64,000 nucleotides of DNA from a virus. Taxonomy: Duplodnaviria; Caudoviricetes. The position numbers and the translations under genes are program-made. Positions 16,135 to 25,129 of the stretch are shown one piece after another (within the stretch, counting starts at the first letter, position 1; the number at the start of each line of letters is the position of its first letter). The DNA is taken from IMG/VR virus record IMGVR_UViG_3300049201_000008, positions 16,024-80,023 of that record, one strand, 5' to 3'. The notes beneath the pieces are model-generated. The model did no database searches, had not been told where the DNA came from, and saw only the letters and a program-made list of their open reading frames with translations.

Positions 16135-16152
16135 AAGGAGGCAGCCATGTAA
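16135..16152 (+). other. SD-ATG-TAA start-stop minigene
   Basis: AAGGAGG cagcc ATG TAA directly downstream of PL. Confidence 0.55.
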
Positions 16153-16446
16153 ACCGCACGCGGGGCGCAGAGCTAAGGACGGAAACAAGAGATTTCGAAA
16201 CTTCTTTGATCACCGATCACTCGAACCCAGGAGATGGAAATGCGGCGAAGTCCGAATTTCATCATGAGCTTTATCAATCTGATCTGATCGACGGCCGGCG
16301 CCAGGTGCGCAGGAAACTCTAACCACAACCGGGACAACCCCACCAATCTCAGGCGATGCCGAGATGCAGTTACGAGCCTCTGTTCGGCAAAAAGGCTCAA
16401 CAATCGCACACCCTACCAAGCGGGAGGGGTGAACTGGGGAACGAAG

Positions 16447-16770
16447 ATGACAAAACACTACACACGAAAGATCGAAGTTCCTGCAAACAAGCGCGATGGC
16501 TTGGCGAACTTCGTCCAGATCATCATCAACCAAATTGAAGCGGGCGACATCGAAAACGCTTTGCTCTCGGCCGTAGATCTCCACGAAGACATCGTTTGCG
16601 GCATCTACGACGACGCGATGCAGGACGCCAAGGGTAGCCTCGCAATCATCCGAGAAATGGAAGCCAAGCACACAGCGGACATTATCGCCGCCGCAGAGCG
16701 CGGCCGTGAGGACGGCATTCGTGACGAGAAGGCGCGCATGGCTGCTGCTCTCGGACTCATCGCAGCCTGA
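16447..16770 (+). CDS. hypothetical phage protein
   Basis: First long ORF of the PL operon. Confidence 0.65.
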   Translation: MTKHYTRKIEVPANKRDGLANFVQIIINQIEAGDIENALLSAVDLHEDIVCGIYDDAMQDAKGSLAIIREMEAKHTADIIAAAERGREDGIRDEKARMAAALGLIAA

Positions 16771-16828
16771 CGTTTTTGGCATCCGGCCATCCGTGCCGGA
16801 TTTCAAATCTGTCGATTGGAACACCACG

Positions 16829-17188
16829 ATGCTCAAGCAAATCATGAAAACCGCCTGGAACATCTTCCGCGCCAACCGTGATCACCTGACGTTTGCCGAA
16901 GCCCTCAAGATGGCATGGCTCACCGTCCAGAAGGATGCGGAATACATCGTGACGGTTTCGACTGATGGCGGACACAAGATGTACGCCTGCATGTCGAGCG
17001 AGGGCGCGCACCGGGTTCGCAAGGAGATAACGCTGTTCTGGAAAGAACGCGGCCTCCGAGTTTTCGGCGCGGATATCACCCGTGTCGCCCACCATCTCGC
17101 AGCCGTCGAAGTCAGCACCGCAGCCGAAACGAAGCGTGTTCCGGCTCGTGCGGTTCGCGATGTCCAGCCGCATGGACTGACGGCTTAA
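16829..17188 (+). CDS. hypothetical phage protein
   Basis: MLKQIMKTAWNIFR...FAEALKMAW, a recurrent phage N-terminal motif. Confidence 0.65.
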   Translation: MLKQIMKTAWNIFRANRDHLTFAEALKMAWLTVQKDAEYIVTVSTDGGHKMYACMSSEGAHRVRKEITLFWKERGLRVFGADITRVAHHLAAVEVSTAAETKRVPARAVRDVQPHGLTA

Positions 17189-17201
17189 TCCAGACAGGGG
17201 A

Positions 17202-17480
17202 ATGACGGAAATGGCAATCGAACTCACCAAGGACGAACTGATTTTCGCTCAAAGGATGTTGCCACATTTCATGGCTGGCAAGTCGGCTTTGGAAGCCGCG
17301 CAAGCGGTCATGGATGATGACGCAAGGCTGTTCACTGCTTTCTGCGACCGCGCTCACGATTTCATCGTTGGAAGCTACAGCGACCACACGGGACGGTCAC
17401 AGCGCACCCGCGATGGTAAGGGCGATCTGATCGCGTCTGAAATTTCCCGCACCGTTTACGAACGGCTTCGCGCCGCCTGA
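17202..17480 (+). CDS. hypothetical phage protein
   Basis: 92 aa, SD present. Confidence 0.65.
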   Translation: MTEMAIELTKDELIFAQRMLPHFMAGKSALEAAQAVMDDDARLFTAFCDRAHDFIVGSYSDHTGRSQRTRDGKGDLIASEISRTVYERLRAA

Positions 17481-17530
17481 CATCCCCCGCATTGGCCTTC
17501 GGGCCAGCCCAAACTTAAGGACGGAGTGAG

Positions 17531-17767
17531 ATGCACAGGACATATTCAAGCAAGTCAGCAGCCAAAGCCGCCATCAAGAAACAAGGGCTTCAACTCATGC
17601 CGCATACCATCGAAGCGATCGGCTTCGACAGATGGAAGCCCATCTTCACGCCTGAAATCATGGAAGACGTCGAGGAAATCGAGCGCCGCGGTTTCCGTGC
17701 GAAGCTTTCCCCGCCTCCGCCCGCAAGTGCTTCGACTGCGACGACGGCTCTCAGTCCCGCCACATGA
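17531..17767 (+). CDS. hypothetical phage protein
   Basis: 78 aa, GGAG SD. Confidence 0.55.
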   Translation: MHRTYSSKSAAKAAIKKQGLQLMPHTIEAIGFDRWKPIFTPEIMEDVEEIERRGFRAKLSPPPPASASTATTALSPAT

Positions 17768-17808
17768 ACTGCGGGCCAACCGCATAACCAATCCACAGGA
17801 ACACGACA

Positions 17809-18090
17809 ATGCACAGCGCATCAGACTTTGGATATCAGCCCGGAACCCCAGCCTGCATCGCCTGCGGCAAGACGGAACTATTTTGCTGCGATGGCGCCGG
17901 TACGCCGCTCCCAGAAGCCGTAAAGCTTTTGATGCAGGTGAAAAGCACCCTTGAGCATCATCGCCGCTTCGGCGTCGACAGCCTCAACGAGCACAGGCGG
18001 AAACTCTCCGCAGTCGAAGGCGACATCGAAGAGTGGCTTATCGCCGCCGGTTTTCAGAAAAGCGAATTTCAAGACGAGCCAGCCGCATAG
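17809..18090 (+). CDS. hypothetical Cys-rich protein
   Basis: CIACG...CCDG; AGGA SD. Confidence 0.6.
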   Translation: MHSASDFGYQPGTPACIACGKTELFCCDGAGTPLPEAVKLLMQVKSTLEHHRRFGVDSLNEHRRKLSAVEGDIEEWLIAAGFQKSEFQDEPAA

Positions 18091-18123
18091 CCACCCACCC
18101 AACTCCCTTGGAGGAAGACGGAA

Positions 18124-18870
18124 ATGCCACAAATCAGCGAAGCAGTTTTGAAGGTTCTGGACGCCGGCCAGTACGACGGTTCGAAGTTCGTCCTCGTCGG
18201 GCAGTTGGATCGCAAGCTCTACACCGACACGAACAAGGTTCTCGAAGCCGCAGGCGGTAAATGGAACCGCAGCGCCAAGGCTCATGTCTTCGACGGCGCG
18301 GCGATCGACGCTCTTGAGCCTATCATTCTGACGGGCGCGTACAGCCGCACGAAGCAGGATTTCGGGCAGTTCGATACGCCGGAAGATTTGGCGGCGGAAG
18401 TCGTTGCTATCGCCGGCATAGAGCCGAGAATGAACGTTCTGGAGCCGAGTGCCGGCGTAGGCAATCTCGTTGATGCAATCGTTTCTGCCGGTGGCATCGT
18501 TCATGCTTTCGAGATTGACGACAAGCGCCGCGCCGTCCTTCAAGCATCGGGACTCATGCGGTTCCCGGTGGCATCTGGCGATTTCTTGACGTTCGAGGCG
18601 TCACCAACTTTCGAGCGCGTCGTCATGAACCCGCCTTTTGCCGCGCAGGCGGATATACGGCACGTCATGCACGCCTTCAAGTTCCTGAAGTCCGGCGGCA
18701 AGCTGGTTTCGATCATGTCGTCTGGCGTCATGTTCCGAGACAACAAGCTCACCGCCGATTTCCGAGACTTCGTCTACGCCCACGACGGCTCGATTGAGCG
18801 GCTTCCCGAAGATTCATTCAAGGCATCCGGCACGGCGGTGAACACCTGCGTCGTGACGATGCACGCCTGA
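18124..18870 (+). CDS. class I SAM-dependent (N6-adenine-type, gamma class) methyltransferase
   Basis: QFDTP, VLEPSAGVG, FEID, GDFL, VVMNPPF. Confidence 0.88.
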   Translation: MPQISEAVLKVLDAGQYDGSKFVLVGQLDRKLYTDTNKVLEAAGGKWNRSAKAHVFDGAAIDALEPIILTGAYSRTKQDFGQFDTPEDLAAEVVAIAGIEPRMNVLEPSAGVGNLVDAIVSAGGIVHAFEIDDKRRAVLQASGLMRFPVASGDFLTFEASPTFERVVMNPPFAAQADIRHVMHAFKFLKSGGKLVSIMSSGVMFRDNKLTADFRDFVYAHDGSIERLPEDSFKASGTAVNTCVVTMHA

Positions 18871-19115
18871 CTACCCCAGAGGCTTACGGGCGGTGCCTCG
18901 TTCAAACCGCCCACAACCAGAAAGGACGAAGCCATGCAGCGAAGTTTGCGCTCCAAGCTGTTTTTTAACGTGATCTGATTGGCCGTCGGCGCCTGGAAAT
19001 GAAGCCGCAACTAACTAGCCAAGCCACCAAACGGACAGGTGGTCAGACATGGCAAGGGTCCGAGGCGGGGCGCGGCCAAACAGCGCCAATCAATCGAAAC
19101 GAGAGGAACGGGACG

Positions 19116-19268
19116 ATGGGTCCGAATTGGTACGACAAGGAAATGGAGCGGATCGAGGAAGATTACGCCGCAGCGCAGATCGATCGCGCCAGGAACCATT
19201 TTGCCGCCGATCCGTCCGCCACGCGCGAAGTCATCCGCACCGCGGCACGAGATTTGGCGAGAGCCTAA
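19116..19268 (+). CDS. small hypothetical protein
   Basis: MGPNWYDKEMERIEEDY; GAGAGG SD. Confidence 0.45.
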   Translation: MGPNWYDKEMERIEEDYAAAQIDRARNHFAADPSATREVIRTAARDLARA

Positions 19269-19349
19269 CGAACTACCCCGGCTGTCGGGCGCAGCCTCAT
19301 CAAATGCCCAAGAAATTCAACGCCGCTTGAGGCGGATGGAGGAATAGAA

Positions 19350-19751
19350 ATGCCCAAGAAAATCGCAGCCGCATTGCTCGCCCTGTCCGTTCTGGCTTCA
19401 TGCTCCGACGCGGATATCGCCTCGCAAAACCTTTCGCGCGCCGCCGATCAGTTCGAAATCCAGCGCCGCGTGGTGTTCTACAACGGCATTACTGGCGGCT
19501 ACATGCTGTCGATTGAGGGGCTCTGCTCTCTCGGCAACAACGACAAGGCCCGCGAAGTCACGATCACCTGCAAGACGGGGCCGGGAGCCTTCAAGAAGCA
19601 CTTCCTGGGCTTGTCCGACAATGTCACCTTTTTCGTTGAGCAGTTGGAAGCGAAGGACGTTTCAACCTACCATTACCGCGTGGTGTTCAAGCCTCAGACG
19701 ATCATTCCCGACGTGGATTTCCGCGGCGACATGAACGAACTGGTGAATTGA
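19350..19751 (+). CDS. conserved phage lipoprotein
   Basis: Signal peptide with lipobox LASC; RRVVFYNGIT...CKTGP...KKHFLGLSDNVTFFVEQ. Confidence 0.85.
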   Translation: MPKKIAAALLALSVLASCSDADIASQNLSRAADQFEIQRRVVFYNGITGGYMLSIEGLCSLGNNDKAREVTITCKTGPGAFKKHFLGLSDNVTFFVEQLEAKDVSTYHYRVVFKPQTIIPDVDFRGDMNELVN

Positions 19752-19759
19752 GGCCCGCC

Positions 19760-19990
19760 ATGCTCGACACACCCAAGCCAGATCGCACCAACGACAGCGC
19801 TATCTACCGCGCTCAGTACGCCGCCAGCCAAGCCGCTGATCAGCTTCTCCTTGCTGCCTATTCGGAACACGCAATCACCAGGGACATGCGCCTGTCGGCC
19901 ACCGTCGAGTATCTGCGCACCGTTGCGGCTGAACTGGAAGCGCTCGGGTATCGGGCCGATGCCGTAGAGAAGGAGCCAGAGCATGGCTGA
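19760..19990 (+). CDS. hypothetical protein
   Basis: ORF in operon order. Confidence 0.55.
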   Translation: MLDTPKPDRTNDSAIYRAQYAASQAADQLLLAAYSEHAITRDMRLSATVEYLRTVAAELEALGYRADAVEKEPEHG

Positions 19991-20471
19991 CATCGTCAAC
20001 GACTACTTCAAGCTCTTCTACCCGCCGCAGGAGCTTCGCGACACTGTCGAGGCCAGATACAGCGATTGCGGCTTTACGCAGCGTGTCGACGGATATTCCA
20101 ACGTCTTCCCGGCCATGAAGATGGCTGATGGTCTCGAACTCAGCGTTCAGGGACATTGGGGCGCCTATTCTTGGCCGCGTGACGATTGGGCCGAAGAATA
20201 TCTCATGGTTGAAATCATGGGGCCACCGAAGGCCGACGAGTTGCTGTCACCTTATGAGCGCGAATGCAACGCCGTTGGCGACGAGATGATCTACCCGTCC
20301 GTCCCAGTCCATGTCGTCCTACGGATCATCGAAAAGCACGGCGGCTTGGTCGAGGCCTCTCCTGCCGAGCTTTGTTCAGACTGCCCTCCGCATGGATATC
20401 CAACCGATGAAACTCGGTGCGATCCATGCCCGCGTCGAACTACCTCTATCGAGGAGGCGGTCAATGTCTGA
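19983..20471 (+). CDS. hypothetical protein
   Basis: 162 aa; DGLELSVQG...HGG; Cys-rich tail. Confidence 0.65.
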   Translation: MADIVNDYFKLFYPPQELRDTVEARYSDCGFTQRVDGYSNVFPAMKMADGLELSVQGHWGAYSWPRDDWAEEYLMVEIMGPPKADELLSPYERECNAVGDEMIYPSVPVHVVLRIIEKHGGLVEASPAELCSDCPPHGYPTDETRCDPCPRRTTSIEEAVNV

Positions 20472-20805
20472 ACAGGGCAAAAACGGCGAGTTCTACACCA
20501 AGGGAAACGTCGTCTGGAAATCTCCTATCGTTCGTCGCAACGAAGCCAACAACGGCGACAGCGTTGAGGTCGGTTTTGCGGTTTGCACCGCGTCCGAATG
20601 GATCAAGGCTGAAACACTTGCTGGCGTCTTCACTGAGCACACCACGCTGGCGGCTCGGGTTGCGGAACTGGAGGCGGAGAACGAACGGCAGATTGCCATC
20701 ATCCGCGAAAATTGGGCCAGCCAATATTGGAAGGGCGTCAACGCCGAGATGGCCGAGCGCGTCAACGCTGTTCTCACCAATAAGGAGGCCGTCTCCCATG
20801 ACTAA
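20464..20805 (+). CDS. hypothetical protein
   Basis: GAGGAGG SD, start MSEQGK. Confidence 0.6.
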   Translation: MSEQGKNGEFYTKGNVVWKSPIVRRNEANNGDSVEVGFAVCTASEWIKAETLAGVFTEHTTLAARVAELEAENERQIAIIRENWASQYWKGVNAEMAERVNAVLTNKEAVSHD

Positions 20806-21082
20806 ATTCACCGCCAGAGTCATCATCGACGTTGAAATCACGCTTGATGAAGCCAAGTTCGATGAAGCCTTCATGTCCGAGTTCCGGCGGAGCTTCTACC
20901 AGTTCCACGACATCGAAGAGCATGCCGAGCATCTTGCTCAACTGCAGGCTCGCGGGCTGCTGGATTTCTTCACCGAAGGCTACGGCGAAATCAAGGCCAT
21001 GGGCATCGACGGCAAGGAAATAGCCGTCACTGTCGAGGATTTGACACGCGTCGGGGCGAAGGAGGTCGTCTCCCATGACTGA
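20798..21082 (+). CDS. hypothetical protein
   Basis: AAGGAGG SD, start MTKFTA. Confidence 0.65.
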   Translation: MTKFTARVIIDVEITLDEAKFDEAFMSEFRRSFYQFHDIEEHAEHLAQLQARGLLDFFTEGYGEIKAMGIDGKEIAVTVEDLTRVGAKEVVSHD

Positions 21083-21398
21083 GCAATTCACCTTCGCCCA
21101 ATCCAACACCGACGAAGATTTCAAGGCCCTGAACGCCTGCGAAACAACCCTGCACATTGCCGGTTTCTCTGTCGGCTCATGGCAACGCGGCGCACCATGC
21201 GGCGCTCTCTATGGCGGCTACATCATCAGCAAATGGCGCGGGATGTCAGAAGCCGAGCGGGATGCTCTCCACGCTTCATTCGAAGGCGACGGCCGCAACG
21301 GTCCGATCATTCTCACCATACACGACACTTGCCCGGCAGAGGGTAGAGCAGCGCTTGAAATTGCCGCTCGGGAACGGACGGAGAAAGCCCATGCGTGA
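21075..21398 (+). CDS. hypothetical protein
   Basis: AAGGAGG SD, 107 aa. Confidence 0.65.
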   Translation: MTEQFTFAQSNTDEDFKALNACETTLHIAGFSVGSWQRGAPCGALYGGYIISKWRGMSEAERDALHASFEGDGRNGPIILTIHDTCPAEGRAALEIAARERTEKAHA

Positions 21399-21615
21399 AC
21401 CGTGTCCTCAGTCCGTTTATGGCGGCTGCGATCCTGCAACATGCGATCGCCAGTGTTCCGCGACAATCAACATCCCGCCGCCGATAGAGGCTGGTTACGA
21501 TCGTCTCGTCTGCACTTTGGTTGCAGCCATCATCATCATTTCAGCCTGTGGTGTCGCCGGAGCGGTTGTTGCCGCCGAACGCGTGAACCGGGCTTACAGC
21601 CTAGAGAGGGTTTAG
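21391..21615 (+). CDS. small membrane protein
   Basis: MREPCPQ...LVCTLVAAIIIISACGVAGAVVA. Confidence 0.5.
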   Translation: MREPCPQSVYGGCDPATCDRQCSATINIPPPIEAGYDRLVCTLVAAIIIISACGVAGAVVAAERVNRAYSLERV

Positions 21616-21617
21616 CC

Positions 21618-22784
21618 ATGAATGAAGTCGCATCCACCGATCTCATAATCAAGCTGCCGGCGGTTATGACTGCCGAGACATTCACCGACGATAAGGAATT
21701 TGAAAAGCTCTACTCGAAGGTCAAGGAGGCGGTTGACAAGCATGTTCCGGATGTGTCGACGCAGTCCGGCCGCGATGCGATTGCGTCCCTCGCCTACAAG
21801 GTCGCCCGCACGAAAACGACACTGATCAACCAGGGCAAGAAGCTAACGGAAAGCTGGCGAGATCAGACGAAGAAGGTCAACGCCGCCTGCAATACGATCG
21901 AGGAGCGGCTTGACACGCTGAAAGAGGAAGTTCGCAAGCCGCTAACCGCTTGGGAGACCACCGAGAAAGCGCGCGTCGAAGGCCATCAGTCTCGCCTTGC
22001 CGATCTCATCGCCATGTCCAAGGTCGGATTTGGTCGCCCGTCATCCGAGATGCGCGAACTGCTCGCCAAGGCCGAATCCGTATCGGCTAGCAAAGATGTT
22101 TGGGAGGAGTTCACGGCTCAAGCCGGCGTTGCTCGCGAGGAAGCGGTCGACACGCTCAAGCGCCTGCTTGCCACCGCCGAAAAGCAGGAGCGGGAAGCCG
22201 CCGAACTTGAACAGCTTCGCGCCGAAAAGGCCGAACGCGATAGGATCGAGGCGGAGCGACTTGCCGCCGAGCGTGCCGCCCAGGAAGCCGCGGAGCGGGC
22301 GGAGCGCGAACGGCTCGCCGAGGAGAAGCGCCAGGCCGAACTGATTGCCGCTGCCGAGGAAGCTGCCCGACGCGTCGAGCGCGAAGCGCAGGAAAAGATC
22401 GAAGCCGCCAATCGAGCCGCCGCCGAAGCTGAAGAGCGTCACACCAAGGCCATTCGCGAAGCCGAGGAAGCCCGCCAGCGCGAAATCGAGGACGCCAAGC
22501 GCCGGGAGGCGGAAGCGGCGGAACGCCTCACACGAGAGATTGCAGAGGCGAGAGCGCAGGCTGAGCGCGATGCTGTCGCCGAGCGCAAGCGCATCGCCGA
22601 TGCAGAGGCTGCCGAGGTTGCCGCCCAGAAAGCGCGCGATGCCGACAGAGAGCACCGCAGGGCCGTCAACACGTCCATCGCCAAGGAACTGATGGACTGC
22701 GCAAAAATCACCAAGGCCCAAGCCGAGAAGATCGTTGTGCACATCCACAGCGGCTTTGTCCCCAACGTCACCCTGAAATATTGA
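21618..22784 (+). CDS. conserved phage coiled-coil protein of the recombination module
   Basis: DVSTQSGRDAIASLAYKVARTKT...EVRKPLTAWE; long E/A/R coiled coil. Confidence 0.8.
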   Translation: MNEVASTDLIIKLPAVMTAETFTDDKEFEKLYSKVKEAVDKHVPDVSTQSGRDAIASLAYKVARTKTTLINQGKKLTESWRDQTKKVNAACNTIEERLDTLKEEVRKPLTAWETTEKARVEGHQSRLADLIAMSKVGFGRPSSEMRELLAKAESVSASKDVWEEFTAQAGVAREEAVDTLKRLLATAEKQEREAAELEQLRAEKAERDRIEAERLAAERAAQEAAERAERERLAEEKRQAELIAAAEEAARRVEREAQEKIEAANRAAAEAEERHTKAIREAEEARQREIEDAKRREAEAAERLTREIAEARAQAERDAVAERKRIADAEAAEVAAQKARDADREHRRAVNTSIAKELMDCAKITKAQAEKIVVHIHSGFVPNVTLKY

Positions 22785-22794
22785 GGATGCTGCT

Positions 22795-23787
22795 ATGAAT
22801 GAAGCCGTTCCCATTGGTGATCTCGTTTCCAAGATCGTAGACGACACAGCCGAGAAGGCGGGTTTTACCGAGCATGCCGATGGCATTTATTTCGGAATGT
22901 CCGACGCGGTTTACCATGCCGATACCGCGCTGGGCTCCACCAGCCTCAAGAAGTTAGTCAGCAACGCGCCTGACTATTGGTGGGACAGCCCGTTAAATCC
23001 AGCAAGACCAGATGACGACGACACGCCCGCCAAGATTTTCGGCAGGCAATTGCATCAATGCGTCCTCGAAGGCGTGGAGAAGTTTCGGGCTGGACACGCG
23101 CCGCAGTACAACCCCGGCAACGTCAAAGCCGGGATGGCCGAGATCGCCGACATCAAGGCCGCCGGCAAGGTGCCCGTCAAGTTCAAGGAATGGAGCAAGA
23201 TTCTCGCTGCTTCCGCCTTCATCAAAGCGAACAAGACGCTGGCAACCGCCTTCGCGAATGGACAGCCGGAAGTCTCAGTATTCTGGACGGCGGATGGCAT
23301 GCGCTTCAAAGCGCGCTTCGACTATCTGAAGATGAACGCCATCACGGACTTGAAATCCCTCTCCAATCCCTACGGCAAGGAATTCGAACGGGCATGCCGG
23401 GATGCGATCGGTGGTTATGACTATCTAGTCTCGGCCGAGCACTATTCAGAAGGCCGCAGGCAAATGAAGCGGCTGTTCGACGCCGGAGCCGTTTTTGGTG
23501 ACGTTGACCGAGAGTGGGTCGGCAAGGTTGCCGCCAATGAGGTTTTCGCCTTTGTCTTTGTCTTTTGGCAGAAGGACGGCGCTCCGATCTCACACGGGAT
23601 CAAACTCTCCCCTGGAAACCCTCTTTTCGGTCACGCGCGCAATCTCATTACCAGGGCCATCGATAACTACAACCTGTTCATGGCTGAGTTTGGGGCCACT
23701 GCGGCGTGGGTTCCATCCACTGAACTCAAGGAATTGGACGAGACGGATTTGCCCGTCTGGTACCAGCAAAAATTGATCGGAGCTTGA
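22795..23787 (+). CDS. RecE-like exonuclease VIII (PD-(D/E)XK, DUF3799-type)
   Basis: YHADTALGSTSLK, EVSVFW...KARFDYL...DLKS. Confidence 0.85.
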   Translation: MNEAVPIGDLVSKIVDDTAEKAGFTEHADGIYFGMSDAVYHADTALGSTSLKKLVSNAPDYWWDSPLNPARPDDDDTPAKIFGRQLHQCVLEGVEKFRAGHAPQYNPGNVKAGMAEIADIKAAGKVPVKFKEWSKILAASAFIKANKTLATAFANGQPEVSVFWTADGMRFKARFDYLKMNAITDLKSLSNPYGKEFERACRDAIGGYDYLVSAEHYSEGRRQMKRLFDAGAVFGDVDREWVGKVAANEVFAFVFVFWQKDGAPISHGIKLSPGNPLFGHARNLITRAIDNYNLFMAEFGATAAWVPSTELKELDETDLPVWYQQKLIGA

Positions 23788-23791
23788 TCCA

Positions 23792-25129
23792 ATGAACCAT
23801 GAAATTATCACCGCAGACGGCGAAGTTATCGACGGGTTCGGCACGTCATCCAGCATGGCCGTCCAGTTGCAAAAGGCTGAGATCGACCAGCTTATCACGA
23901 CAGCGCGGGCCTATCCTCGCTCCATGAAGCGCGTCCAGAGCGCGATCATGAACATGGCCACCTTGGACGAGGAGAGCGCGGAAGAATGCATGTACGCCCT
24001 TCCCCGTGGCGGGAAACCCATCAAAGGCCCGTCGATCCGGTTTGCTGAAATCCTCAAGCAGTCTTTCGGCAACTGCCGAGCCGGCGCCCGTGTTGTCGAC
24101 GTCGATCGGGTTGAAATGTTCGTGGAGGCGGAAGGCGTCTTCCACGATCTGGAAACCAACGCTTCTACCACCGCTCGGGTCCGCCGCCGCATCAGCGACA
24201 AGAATGGGCGCCTGTTCAAAGATGATATGATTATCGTCACGGGCAATGCAGCCTGTTCGATCGCCATGCGCAACGCCATCCTGGCCGGCGTCCCGAAGCC
24301 TCTGTGGCGCAAGGCCTACGACAGCGTCCAGGCGACGATTACCGGGGACATCACCACGCTGTCGGAAAACCGCGAGAAGGCCTTGAAGGCGCTCGCTGCG
24401 TTCGGCGTGAAGCCTGAACAGATATTCGGTTCGCTCGGCAAGGAAGGACTCGAAGACATCACCGTTGACGATATCGGCCTGCTACGCGGCATGTACGCGG
24501 CGCTCAAGAACGGCGAGGCCACAGTCGAGGAAATGTTCTTCGGCACCGTGCGCGCCGCATCGCAGCACGAGAAGGTCGTTGATCCGCTTTCCGACGAGCC
24601 GATCAAGACGGAAACGAAGTCGTCCGAATCTGTCGAGTTCGAAACGACTGACAACGAAACAACAATCAACTCCAATTCCGGCGCGGACACCCCCTCCTCT
24701 GCTGCCGGTGAAGACGAGAGCGAAGCCAACACCGCCTCGTCACAAGAACCGACTGATCAGATCTCCTCCCCTGACAGCGGTTCAACGGAAGAGTCCGCAG
24801 CACCCAACGAGGCCCCCACCGCGGCTGCGGACTCTCCTTCCTCTATCCCTGAACGGGAATTGCCAGTTCTTCGTCGGTTCGCGAAAGACGTTTTAAACAT
24901 GGCGGCTAAGCCTGACACATCCGGCGACCTCATGTCGAAGGTCATTCGCCGCTGGTCGAATGGCGATTTGGCCAATCTGTCGGTCGAAGGCAAGGCGGCT
25001 TCCAAGAGCATCAACTTAAGCGTGAAGGCGCTCATGGAAGGTAATACGAGCCTTGAGCCGGCTATCGAGTTTTTCTCTGAAATGCTCGGCTGCGAGCCGG
25101 CGGAACTCATGGTGAGCGACAATGGCTGA
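23792..25129 (+). CDS. putative recombination protein in the SSAP position
   Basis: Directly after the RecE-like gene; YALPRGGKPIKGPSIRFAE motif; low-complexity acidic linker. Confidence 0.6.
   Translation: MNHEIITADGEVIDGFGTSSSMAVQLQKAEIDQLITTARAYPRSMKRVQSAIMNMATLDEESAEECMYALPRGGKPIKGPSIRFAEILKQSFGNCRAGARVVDVDRVEMFVEAEGVFHDLETNASTTARVRRRISDKNGRLFKDDMIIVTGNAACSIAMRNAILAGVPKPLWRKAYDSVQATITGDITTLSENREKALKALAAFGVKPEQIFGSLGKEGLEDITVDDIGLLRGMYAALKNGEATVEEMFFGTVRAASQHEKVVDPLSDEPIKTETKSSESVEFETTDNETTINSNSGADTPSSAAGEDESEANTASSQEPTDQISSPDSGSTEESAAPNEAPTAAADSPSSIPERELPVLRRFAKDVLNMAAKPDTSGDLMSKVIRRWSNGDLANLSVEGKAASKSINLSVKALMEGNTSLEPAIEFFSEMLGCEPAELMVSDNG

Noticed and set aside
16780-18912. Short hairpins between PL-operon genes (about 16780-16800, 17493-17506, 18887-18912)
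   Set aside because: Stems of 5-7 bp without U-tracts; consistent with ordinary mRNA stabilising or processing stems and not distinctive enough to report.
21618-22784. TolA-like or tandem-repeat call for the E/A/R-rich region
   Set aside because: Low-complexity coiled coil with no TM anchor and no exact DNA repeat unit.
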